This document shows, piece by piece, positions 1-12,900 of a stretch of DNA of 64,000 bases. This stretch comes from Adineta vaga (taxonomy: Eukaryota; Animalia; Rotifera). Within the stretch, counting starts at the first letter, position 1; each line of letters starts with the position of its first letter. Made by a program: the position numbers and the translations under genes. The notes under the pieces were generated by a model. That model saw only the letters and a program-made list of their open reading frames with translations. It made no database searches and was not told the DNA's origin. The DNA lies in the NCBI GenBank assembly GCA_021613535.1, contig CP075495.1, positions 9,486,001 through 9,550,000 of the forward strand, in the 5' to 3' direction.

Positions 1-3000
1 TTGGTAGTCGCCTCTTACTTTCAGCAAGAAAACTTTTACAAACAGTTTCACATTCCATTTTGTCAGCAAAATTATTCTTATTATTACCACGAGCAGGACA
101 TGAACCAAGGCCAGCAAATGGTACACATGACATACTTGTTTTATTGTAGTGAAAACGTTGTAGACCACGACAACGATTGTCTTCAATTGGTTCTGACATA
201 CATCGATCTAAAATATATTATAAACTTCATTGAATACCGTGTAGAAGACATAAGACTTAACTAGTGTTTCTTATTTTAGTTAAAAAACGAGAAATAAGTA
301 GTATTCATAGTAAACTTACCTTTATTTTCATGGTTATGACAATGAGCTGCATCAGCACCTTGACATTGACGCTTTTCTACCAAATGAATATCTTGACATT
401 TTGGATCATGATGTGAATTATCATTGAGATACCATCGTCGTCGTTCTGTAATACCTTGACCACACGTTACTGAACATGGTGAAAATGATGACCAATCTGT
501 TACAGCACATCTGAAGAAAAAAAATCGACACACTCTCTTTTGAGATATTATCTTTCGAACAAACAAGAGAAGTTATTTACGGTGCGACTTGTTGATTATT
601 ATCATCACAATCTTCACCAGTTCTTTCAAAACACATTTCACTTTCACTCAATCGTTCATTACATCCATGATGATCACGATTTTTATACATTCTAAAGAAG
701 AAATGAGTTTCAATACTCTACTCAACATCATAGTAAACCTAAAACCTTGTTCGTGTTCGTAAACCATTTCCACATTTTACATTACACGGACTCCACTCTG
801 TCCATGTTGATGTCATACAACGAGGATCAGCTGATTGTTCATCTAAAAATATTCAAGATGGTTTTGTTTTCGAAAGGAATAATAATTGAAAACAGAATAT
901 CTACCGATTAATTCAACATTCGATTTAGCAACTTCTTTTTCACTTTCCACTTCACTTGTACGACTTAAATCAGCAAAATCTCGACCAAAATCAATAACTG
1001 ATGGTGTTTCACTGTGTTGTGGGCGACCACTTGGACATGACACTCCTTGTACCATTACTCGTTTGATACTCAATTTAGCAAATGGTGGTGGTTGGTGACC
1101 TTAGATTTCGAATAAGAGTTGTTTTATTTCAATTCTATTTTCTTTTCATTCATACCATAAAATGGTGATCGATTATCGGTAATATTACTTGAAAGTATTG
1201 GTGCAATGGGTTTACGCATCTGTTCCGGTCGTTTTGGTCCCTGATAATATTGGAAAAAGATTGCCTTAGTTTCAATTTTATCAGAATCAAGAATAATTTT
1301 ATTTACATTATATCGAATACCCATATCAGTTCCTGCATCAATTGGATGAAGTAATTCTTCATAACTATCCATCCAAGTACAATTTGGAAGACATAAATCT
1401 AAACCAGATACACCTAAAGAAAAATATAACGTAAGTATTATTCTATTTCAAAATGAAATTTAATTACCGGCGACCCAATCAGGTGATGGTCCAAGCATTG
1501 TTACAAACGATAAGAAATGATGATTTCTTGAACTTGTAAAAGCGCCTGTTGTAGATTTCGAAACATTTACTGTCCATAGACCAGGTACAATCATAATATT
1601 TCGAATAACACCAAATTTTGTCTAGAAACAAATAGTTTTGCTTTTTGCGAAAGACAAGATTATCAGTATAGGAATTTCTACATGATTTTTTATTTCTTTT
1701 TGCATAGTGCCGATTGCTCCCCATTCAGCAACTTGTTTCAAACCATCACTAGCCGTTTCACCAAAATTCCATACTAATTTTCAAAGAATCAGATAATGAA
1801 TAATCAATTGTCAAAGATCAATTTATTGCATTACTTGAATATTCTTGACTATGGACAGCTCCAATCAAATCCGACCAATGAAGAAGATGCTCTAGAGAAT
1901 AATACATATGTGTAGAAATATTTTGATAGAAATCATATTTACCAGGTGGCCAATCTTTTGGATGTGTTTGTTTAGACCAAAGACCTTGAAATGTTAATTG
2001 AAATTTAGCTTCATCACAAGCACAACATGGATGACGTGGTCGAAAAGTAGCTTTCGGCATATCTTGATAGGAAAAAAAGGAAATTCTTTACCCTAACAGG
2101 CAGTTTTTTAATTTACCCATTGTCATTTGTTTCTCCTTATGTTTCATTCCATTGTTATTACAATCAATCGCACATGTTTTATGTTCTTCCAAACGTTCCG
2201 AACAATGACCATTCATAGCAGCTCGTTTATCTGCATACATTCTTGTTCGAAGTTGTACACCTGGAAGTCGACATGTAGCATTCATACATGATGACCATTC
2301 ACTCCACATTGAAACAAGACAACGTGGATCATGAACCACTATAAAAAAATTAAAACATGTCCAAGATCTTTTCTTATAAAATCTATAGAATATACTTGAT
2401 TTATGATCTTGAATAAGTTCGTCACACATTGCTTCACATTCGTCATGTGTCATAAAATTATTTTCATTACCTAGATAAATGAAATTCGAATGAAATGAAT
2501 AAAGAAAAACATTTTGTTTATACCTCTACATCCACCATACGAGAATTTCGTACATTTACGTGTTGTAACATCAAAATAAAATCTATCAATAAATTTAGTA
2601 CATGGACCAGGTTCAAGTGGTTGCATACATTTTTCTAAAACAATAGCAACAAATATAAAAAAATTCGTTTCTGAATTTGACTATATCGTATAAGCATACG
2701 TTTTCTCTCGGCAGCTTCCATATTTTTAATCATTGTTCGTCGTGTATCTGATAAACGATACATTTGTGCTGGATCACAAGGTGTATTACAATCACGAAAT
2801 TCTTCCAATGGTTCCGAACAAAAACCCATTGCTAGAAATTTCACTTTATATGCACGAAATCGAACTTGTGTACCAGGCCCACAAACAGATGAACAAACGC
2901 TCCATTCCGACCATGGTAAAGTCATACAACGTGTATCTTTACCATCCTCTAAATATATATATATATATATATATACAAATAGTTCTATCTATCATCTACT

Positions 3001-5910
3001 GATTTATCTAATTCGAACCTGTTCGTCCTCGTAATAGAATATCGCATGTATCTTCACATGTATCTCGTGTAAGAAAATTGTTATCATTAGCCCCACAACC
3101 ACTATAATCAAATTCTAAACATTTACTCATATCCAAATTGAAATAAAAACGTCGTTCATATTGTGCACATGAACCAATTTCAACTGATTGCATACAAATA
3201 CGTTTCTTTTCCATCATATCAGTTAAACGACCTTGTTCACATAATGGTTTCATGCCAATACAAGATTCTTTTTCCATCAATTGATATTCAGATTGACATT
3301 GAGGTTTATCACTACCTTTGAGCATAGTACGTGATCGAGTACGCATACCTTCACCACATGTAACCGAACAATGAGACCATGGTGACCATTCACTAGCCAT
3401 ACACCTAAATAAATATATTGATTTCTTTTATGACTTGTTTTCTGGCGAATAGCTAAAAACTTACATTGAATTATTCAAAGAGTTTGAATGAATATTTGTT
3501 TTTACCGATGAACATGGCATTGAATGACATGAAGTCAAATCATAAGTTCTCTCGTTACAATGATGACGAAAAGCTTTATCTGCCATAAGATAAGAGCGTC
3601 GTCGTGTTTTGATACCATGTCCACAACTAACTGAACAGGATGACCAAGGTGACCATTCGGTTAAACGACATTCAGGTGCTAATGCTTCATCTAAATAACA
3701 TGAGAAAGAAAAATTACTATTTTCAAAGAATTATCTATGAAGAATGATTACCATAAGCATATACTAATTTTCCCGAATGATCATATTTTTGTTTGAATCG
3801 TTCATTTCGATGATTAGTTTGTGATAGATCAATATCAGGTGATGGATCTTGACGATGATCATTTGTTCGATGAGAATTTTGTGTACTATGTTGATTATTT
3901 GGACATTGTGCACCACGAACAAGTGTACGTTGAAGTGTTACACGTGCTACGGGCATGACTGGTTTACCTTTTCAAAAAAAAACCAAAACAAATTAATCTT
4001 AAAATGACAAAAATTATAAATTCTTAAAAAACTCACTCATTGGATCATGAAAAGATGACGTTGGAGAAATAGTACCAGTGATTGCATGAATTTTTTCCAA
4101 TGGTATTGTTGGTAATCGACTAGCCTGAAATAGAATTCGTTACATTCTTATTTCTCAAACACAATTACAAAATTGATTGGTTTTACAGTATATGTACTTC
4201 CACTATCAATTCCAGCATCTAATGGATAGAGATCTTCTGAATATTGCTCAACCCATGTACAATTTGATAAACACAAATCAACTGCACTAATTCCTAAACA
4301 GAAACAAAATAGATATTCATTAATGAATTCATACAATATTTGCAAAAACAACAATAACGAAAGTTGTTACTAGATAGACGAGAACACATTATGAAGATAT
4401 ATATACCTGTAAACCAGTCTGGACTGGGTAAAATTTTGCTAGCAAAACTCAATTTAGAATGATGAGGAGAAACAGTAAATACATTCATTGTTGATGGCAT
4501 TTCATTAGACGACATTTTTAAAGGTCGAGCAAGTATTAAACTACGAATTACACCATTAAATGACTATAACAAACAAAAAGCACTAGATCACAATATACAT
4601 ATATGTATATATATATATATATACAACATTGAAGATAAATACGAAAAGACGATATTACGAATACAAAAACATCTACCTATAAAAGAATCTGAAGATTTTA
4701 TATTTTCATCTTTATATCTATTCACAAGTGATAGACGATGAAAATCTCGATTTGCTCGAATAGCTTGATACCACCACGAACCAGACATTAGAAAACGTAA
4801 TCCAACTGATCCTCTTTCACGTTGCTATTCAAATTTTGACGAAAAAAACCGAATATCTTGCTTAGGAATGATTTATTGATACTAACTTCATTTGCTAAAT
4901 CTTGTTCAAGTGTATGTGTATCACCGTTCAATACAAGTTGACTTAACCCACGATTAGCATATGCACCAATTTCAAATAATGAATAATTTGAATTATGTAC
5001 AGCACCCACAGTTGTTGAAAAGTGTGCTTTTGTATAATACAATAATAATAGATTTTATCAAATTATAAAAACCAATTCATTTACCTGTTGTTGATGGCCA
5101 ATCTTTCTTATGTGTTTGAGGTGACCAAAGTCCTTTAAATGTTAATTGATATTTTGCTTCACCACAGGCACAACATTTTTGCATCATTTTCTTCATATGC
5201 ATCTCTAAAGAAATAACTGGTATACATAATTCATTATTCTTTAGGATACTAACGATCTTCACACATGGTATATGTTAATGCATTATCATCTTTGAACCAA
5301 ACTGTATCCGAGCGAACTACAGTTGCTCTATAAGAATAGATATGTATGAAATTATTTCATTGTTTTTTATATTGACAAAAAAAAAATAATTCACTTGAAT
5401 GAAACACATCCTTGAGGATGACGTGGTGCAATCCAGTCGACAGAAATCGAATTTTTTAATTTATCTGAATTTGCATCAGTGACACCACCAGGACAATTAC
5501 GTTGACTTATAACTGCTTCTTGTATTGCTTCATCATTCGAATTTTTTGATGATAATAATTCAAAATGACCAATCGGTCGATATGCTTGTTCATCAGACCA
5601 TGTTGATGGTACAGCAATAAGCATAAATTCTTTAAATACGGATTGATATGTTTGACTTTTAAAACCACTCAATGAAACTAGACAGACAAATATGAATGAA
5701 ATTTATTTTCTAGATTATCATAATCGATCGCATACCTTTATATGTTCGGCCAGGAACATATGTTTTAAAACTACCTTCAACAGTTATACGAAAACCATTA
5801 TCACCTGATGTTTGAGGTACAAGATATCGCGATGAACGATAGCAAGTAGGTGGTTCGGCAAGAATAACATTGTATAAGAGTAATAATTGAAAAACATACA
5901 CAATTAACAT
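1..5910 (-). CDS. SPON1: F-spondin/fat-spondin-like secreted protein, multi-exon, 3'-partial (runs off the window start): signal peptide, Reeler, Spondin_N, 2xTSP1, Kunitz, TSP1, Kunitz, TSP1, second Spondin_N, 2xTSP1, Kunitz
   Basis: ATG at 5910 with signal peptide MLIVYVFQLLLLYNVILA. Reeler-like exons at 5391-5910. The Spondin_N start CCAC.EAK.QLTF.GLWS..TH.KDWP occurs twice (about 5170 and about 2025), followed by PSPDW and DAG.D.G motifs. WSxWSxCSxxCGxG TSP1 motifs are present, with Kunitz Cys patterns at 3040-3200, 2420-2630 and 35-205. Introns are GT-AG. Confidence 0.9.
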
Positions 5911-7537
5911 TGTCTAGTTAATATGATGTATGTTAAAGAAATGTACTTGTTTCGTTTGAACTGAAAAAAAGAGAAAGAAAAGACTATGAATATTTGAGGA
6001 CACGACTAACAATTGAGAAAGAATACAAGGAAAATAACAACAACAACCGAGACGAAGAATTGTATGTTTGTATATGGAAAGCATCAGAAAAGAATAAGAC
6101 AGAGAGAGACAGAGAAAAAGAGAACTAAGTAATAAATCAATATTATAAGCGAAAGACAATATATTCTATTGCAGAAATAAGACGATAAAGATGATGATGA
6201 TGATGAAAGGCTAGTTACTTTCCTTCTTTTTTCCTTCTTCTTCTTCTTCTCCTTCTGTTATTGTTTTTCTAATACGTCATTTGATAATATAACAAAATGA
6301 AATCAAAATTTTCAGACAGTTTCAATAGTTGCTAATCATGTCAATAGATACGATTGAAAAAAATACGATTCATATTAAATCATTAAATAATCAAATACAG
6401 CGTTTCAAGTCTCTAGGGAACGTAGAAAAACACATTCATAATCGAAAATACTGTTGAAATGTTTTATTCTATATGACGTTTTTCCTTTTTTTCCTTTTAG
6501 TCAATTCATTAATAATTTAAGATTTTATTGATTGAGAAGTGATTTTTTTTCATCAAAAAACTTCTAAGAATATTGTCCTTGAAAGAAAGTACTTTCACTA
6601 TTCTACAGAGACAAACATAGTTGAAAATGTCTATCTTGATAATAAGAGAACTCTATAATGATAAATAGTACTTCGAGGGCATATAGATAATACTAAACAT
6701 GCTGTCTTTTCGTAATAAACAGATGGCATTGCTTAAATGACATTCTTTTGATATGTACAATTGATTAATAAATTCAAAGGAAGCAGAAGCAGATATCAAC
6801 AATTCAGTATCATTAACAGAAGAAGAAAATTAAGCTTATTTCCAAAATATATTATCCAAATGATTAATTCTCGTATGCGATTTTGACTACAAGTTTATTT
6901 CATTGAGAAGTAAGAAAGAAGAAAAGAAATCTATTTTCCTTTTCCTTCATTATTTATTGCACTTTTATTTACCTATAACTTGTAATTGAATACAATATTT
7001 CTGCAGAGAAGAAAATCGTATCAGAGAGAGAAAAACATTCTATCAAAACAATTGACAGTTTCCGATGTCTAAGAAAATAAATCAAACAATAAATTGAAAT
7101 CACTCTCTCTCTCTCTTTCAAACATTTAATTTCAAATATAACTTGATTGAAGACATAAATTCTGTTACTTTTATGCATTGAATATTAGTGAAATCATTTT
7201 CTTTGAAAAACCGATAGATATTATATTTAACATAGAATCTATTTGTTCTCAGTGCAATAAACAACAACCAAATAATATGCGGACAAAAAAAATTATTTAT
7301 GTTCACACACGCACACAAGTTCTACCAACGAACATAATGAACAAACGAAAACTGAAAAAACGATTAAACAATAATAGAATTGTTTTAGTGTCTAGAACGA
7401 CAAGTACACTCACACACACATAAACAATGCATACATCTGAGATAAAAGGGAAAAAATGATATATCTGTTATTGACTATGATACATGACGAATATCATTAT
7501 GATGTTTGATTTTGAAATGAAAAGAAGAACATGCCAT

Positions 7538-8381
7538 TTATTGAGCATTGTTGGGCACAACAGTAGCTGTTTCACTAGCCGATGGTACGACTACTGCCGT
7601 TGTTGATGTTTCAATGGATTTTTTTGGTCGACCTCGTTTCTTACCTGAACCGTCTGTTTTAGCAGGTGTCTTTGGTTTCTGAGTTGCTGCTTTCTTTCTA
7701 CCAGCAGATCCAGAAGGTCGACCACGCTTTTTACTTGTTGACGCTTCTTTTGGTACTGGTGATTTAGCAATTGTTACAACCTTTTTTGGTGACGATCCTG
7801 ATGGTCGTCCACGTTTTTTCTTTTCTGATTCAGAAATTTTATCTTGTTCTTTTGGAACTACCACTGGATTTGCTTGGACCTGAAATTAGTTATTTTCGGG
7901 TAAGTAATTTTAAGAAGCTGAAAAATTTTACTTGTGGTTTGCTTATTGCATTGACTTGTTCATTTGATGTATCTACTTTCGATGGTCGACCACGTTTCTT
8001 TTTACTTGCATCACCATTTGTTGATGCTGTTTCTTTTTTCGATGATGATGGTGATGGTAATGGTGATGATGTAACTTTTTTCGTCGGTGATTTTTCACCT
8101 GTTTTGGATGGACGACCACGCGCACGTTTAATTGAATTTGTGTCCGTATTAGGTTTCTTCGCACCTGCAGATTTTGCTGGACGACCTCGACCTCTCTTTG
8201 CATTAGTATTGCTTGATGATGAATTATGTTCACCTTCATCTAAACAGAAAATATTTTCATATTTTGCAAAGAATTCAATAAAAAGTCATTCACCATGAAC
8301 ACCGTTAACTACTGCACCCGCATCCATGGGTAGAACTCCAGCACTATCATTCGAAGCTGCAGTATTATTTTGTTGTTCCAT
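7538..8381 (-). CDS. HMGA/D1-like multi-AT-hook chromatin protein, 3 exons (8381-8294, 8239-7932, 7879-7538)
   Basis: Spliced frame MEQQNNTAAS...; six RGRP AT-hooks (KRGRGRPAK, KRARGRPSK, KKRGRPSK, KKRGRPSG x2, KKRGRPKK) separated by Lys/Ser/Pro-rich linkers; canonical introns at 8240-8293 and 7880-7931. Confidence 0.85.
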
Positions 8382-9594
8382 TTGAATTTGTTTCGTATAA
8401 ATAAATAAAAAAGAAACTATCTGCGGTAAGAAAAAAAAGAACAAGAATATCTCAATGAGATAGATTGACCGATGTCTGTCTAATGATAGAGAAAGAACAA
8501 ATGAATGAACAATGATCGATTGATGATCTCTCTTTATTTTTCATTGGTCAACAAGAGTGAATCTGATTAAAAAAGAAACATCTTTTTTTTCTTTCAACTC
8601 GCTTTTCTTTGAAACCAAACACAATATTCATTTCAAAAACGTCTTTTCCTATTTCTTTTTTTCTCTATTATTTACATTTTTTTTTCATCGAATATAAGAC
8701 AAAAGGTTAATAAATACAGATCTTATTTCTTCATCAAGTGACATCTGTTATCTCGATATGCAAATTCCGATTGGTTTGAATAAGAAGAGAAATCATCAAT
8801 TATAATTAAAGGGAAGTCATCTCCCTTCCCTATTTGCTTTTTTTCCTAATAAACCAAAAAAAACCACACATACACACGCACGGGAAAAAAGATACTGTAC
8901 AGAAAAAAAAGAAAAAAACAATGCTCGGAAAACAAACAAACAGATCGGGTGTATAAAACCGAAAAAACGAACCCGTTCTAGATACTTGCTATTAGATATA
9001 TATATATACAAGCGAAAAATGGTCACATAGAAGTTTTTTGTACATATATACACGAGAAGCTGATGTTGTTTGTTTTTTTCCATCTTTATCATCAAATGTA
9101 CATAAAGAGAAAAAATCAATTCATATGTAAGAAACAGAGTGAGAGAGAGAGAGACAAAAAAAATCACAGATGGAACAATGACGTGTACTGTAATAGAGAA
9201 AAAAAAGAGAAGATACACAAATATATTTATATATATATATGTACATACATAGGACAAAGGCATGAAACTGTTCTTCGATGTTATGCACAAAAAAAAGGAG
9301 GGAAAAAACTCGAAACAATAAACCAAACAAACAAACGAGCAAACAACGGATCAGTTGATTGTGAAGCAATGAAACGAAACGAAAGAAAAAAATGTAACAA
9401 GAAACGAACTAATGGTATGCTAAACCGGGAAAATCAGCTCTCTCTCTCTCGCACTCACTTAATTTACAACACTCAGAAATAAAAGTAATAGTGATACCTG
9501 AAATGGTCTAGTTGTTATAAACACACAAACACACACACATACACATATATTTTATATATATATATAAAGAAAATTTTTATATACAAATTTCTTT

Positions 9595-10788
9595 TTACAT
9601 CATACCAATCTGATTGAATACAGATTCATCATCGCCGTATAAATCAATAAAAACTCCTAATACTTGAGGATGTTCATGTGCAAGTGCCCATTCAACAAGT
9701 GACATATCACCTGTTTTACGTCGTTCTTCGTATTGACGCCAATTGGCACCATGTTTAAGTAAAGTAACAACAACTGAACCTTGATTACATTCAATAGCTC
9801 GTTCTAATGGAGTTTTATTTTCAAATCCAGGATAATCAACGGGAAAACCACGTGTTAATAAATATTCTATTATATCAAGACGACCATAGCCTATGGCAAC
9901 ATTTAATGCTGATTCACGAGCCACCGAGATGCAGTACTAAAATAGGAAATTAAACAAAAAGATTTACTAATGAATTATAGAAAAAAGAACTTTTCATTTT
10001 TTCAATACTCGATCTAATGATAAATAATATAATTATTGATAAGAAATCTTACGATCAATGAAAAGGCGTTGGCTATGATCTAAAACCTTCGTTTTGATTA
10101 ATCCAAAGTCGAGCTTTTCGAACATACAAAATCATCAAAACGAACTGCCTTTACACATCAAGGTTAAACTAACTAATCCGTAATTTCTTTTTTGATTCAC
10201 TAAATAAATTAAACCTTAATACTCAACAATCTTTTTCCTTCATCGTCTATTCTCAAACAAGAAACTTTCATCTGATTCATTTTCTCTACATAATAAAAAG
10301 TATTCAATGATTAATAATGGATCACATGAGAAAGAAAAACAATCTATTCTATTTGTTTTTCTTATGTTCTTTTTTGTATTTTTACTTTCATATGTAATCA
10401 AACTTACAGGATTATGACCGAGATGAAGGAGCAGATCGACCATAGCCAATCTTCCATTATCAATAGCAGTATAGAGTGGTGTGTGACCATTGGAATCGAG
10501 TAAACATGTATCAGCTACTGTTGGCTGTTGTCGAAGTCGACTGTGTAAACGAATTATTCCTGAAACATCATTTGTTCGAACAGCATGATGTAAATCAAAT
10601 TTCGGTAGTGGTAATTCAGAATGTTGTTGTTGCTGTTGTTGTTGTTGCAATTGTTGAGGTTGTTGAATGAATTTTGTTGGATGAGATGATTGTTGATATG
10701 GAGCATAATGGGTACGATGTTGAGCAATTACAGGACCACCGTTATGATGATGATGAGAACGATGATGATAGTTACTCTCAGTTAACAT
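9595..10788 (-). CDS. Ankyrin-repeat protein with His/Gln-rich N-terminus, 2 exons
   Basis: GHTPLYTAIDNGRLAMVDLLL, ESALNVAIGYGRLDIIEYLL and KTPLERAIECNQGSVVVTLLKHGA repeats. Donor gtaagt at about 10407 and acceptor at about 9937 join HNP|YCISVARESAL in frame. Confidence 0.85.
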
Positions 10789-12834
10789 CCTAGTTATTTA
10801 TGATCACGATGGAAATAAACAAAAAATAATATCTAAAAGTAAATTCGTACTTCAGTTATACGAAGAGATATACATGTAAATGACCTTCTCCTCCTTCTCC
10901 CCGTCGTATTCTTCTTCACATCACCCTAGATCGGTGGTCTAACATGCCCTAAGTGCATCTCTCTCTCTCTCTTTCTCTATTAATCGAAAGAGAAGAAAAA
11001 TGAAGAAGAGAAAATAGAGAAAGAATTAAACTCGATATCCAGGTTGTTCGTCTTTTTATATGTATATATCATGAAGCAAAAAAAAGGAAATACATGGTTT
11101 CTTATTAAAAACTGTTTCTGATCTGATAGATTTCTATTGTAAAATAATGCTGGCATCAGCTGTTATGAAATGAGTAAGAAAAAGGAGTAAGAAAAAGGAT
11201 CATATCAGGACAATTGGCCTCCACTTTCTATAGATAGCGTAATAGCTTTGTCCTCCACGATTACTTGCTCACATATGTGATGGACGAGATGGATATGGTA
11301 TACGTCTCTTTTTCTTTTCCCTACGTCCTTCTCCGTTCTTCATTTATTCATATATCCCTTTTGTTCGATAATTTTATTGTCAGCTACGCACAACGACACA
11401 AGGTCTTGTTCTCGTAAGATGCGTACACCCTACACGCAAAAGAAAAGGAATAGAAATGAAGAGAAAAAAATGCACCGAGCCTTTCTATCTACTATAAAGG
11501 CAGTTATATACATATATACATACTAGCAGTGACCACTACATGTGTATATTTGCACATCAGCTATTTAGTCGACGACTTACAGCTCCGACTAACAACAATG
11601 CATCTGTTTTTTTAAATTCTTAAGTGGTGCACTGACGTGTCTTTCTTTTTTTCTTCTCTATGCTATGCAACCAATTGCCTCAAGTATGCACGATATATTC
11701 AGTCAGTCATTTACTTAAAGATGAAAGCATCATCATCATCATCATCCTTTTCGTCCCTATTATGCTTTCTATTACCTTTGGTTCGTTCGTCTATCAAAAA
11801 GTAAGAAACGAAGCAAAAAAACGCGAAGCAATAGAAAATGATTCAAATCAAAAGAAACGGCAATGTTGTTTTTGTTGCTGTTTCTCTTGATGGCTAAATC
11901 AAGTAATAATACCAATACGACGATTCGTATACGTGTACTTGTTCTTCTATTTCTTTCTTTCTTCTTTCCTATTTTTCTTTCTTTTTTTTCTATTCTCGTT
12001 CCCAAAAACCGCACACACGCACATACACGCCAGCTGCTTGTCGACTCTAGACATTGAGAATTCGATGAGAGAATGAGAAAAAAGAAAGAAAAACTGAAAA
12101 AGCAAGAGCAAAAAAGTTATAGCCTTGTCACATCGGGAAACATTCGAGCTGGAAGGCTTGCGCTCTACATGATCTATTAACTATACACGTAGGCGACAAA
12201 GCAACAGAAAAAAAATGGAAAGAATGGAATTCTTTGTACTCACTGTTTATTATTAGATAGATTGACGTGTATGTTTTCTCGAGAAAGCGAAGAGAAGGAA
12301 AAAAAATGCTGCAAGAAAGATAATTAGAATACAACAGTATAAGTCTGTTTTCACGAAAACATTAACGTTGAACTTCATTGGAAATAATGTTTATTCTTTG
12401 AAAACGATTAATAATATAAACGTTCTTGATCGTTTACCATAACTTTTCACACTTAAATCTATCATAATGATGGATTGATAATAAACAGCATCCTAGATAG
12501 AGAATATTAGTAGCTGAAACTGATATTCCTATCTAAAGAATAAAGCTACGATGACATTTTGTGAATGTTAACTACGATAAAACTATACAATCCAGCGTTG
12601 TCATGCATATGTGATTAATCAATCCCATTTATTTCTCTCTCTCTCTCTCGCTCTCGCTCTACAAATAACGACTCAGTGGCGAGTAGAAAAAGTCATAATA
12701 ATTATATTTTCAAAATTTTTGTTGTTTGACAATTCAATGTTTACCTCTTGTATATGAAACTGAAAAAAAAAGAAAATAACACATCAATATCGACGATATG
12801 AAGGAGAAAAAGAAAAAATTCTAATGATTATATA

Positions 12835-12900
12835 CACGTGCCACGTCAATAGTGACGCAGAACTATCCAATTGGACGTTGTTTCGCCATATGATGACGTT
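12835..12900. promoter_or_regulatory. Cluster of ACGT-core bHLH/bZIP-like sites
   Basis: CACGTG at 12835, GCCACGTCA at 12840 (UPRE/XBP1-like), TGACGC at 12853 and TGATGACGT at 12891, all in AT-rich non-coding DNA upstream of the ankyrin gene. Confidence 0.3.

Noticed and set aside
7771-8298. 175-aa plus-strand ORF
   Set aside because: Antisense shadow of the AT-hook gene's exon 2.
8817-9482. Several overlapping 82-169 aa ORFs
   Set aside because: Low-complexity A/T-rich 3'UTR or intergenic sequence with microsatellites; no domain or coherent splice structure.
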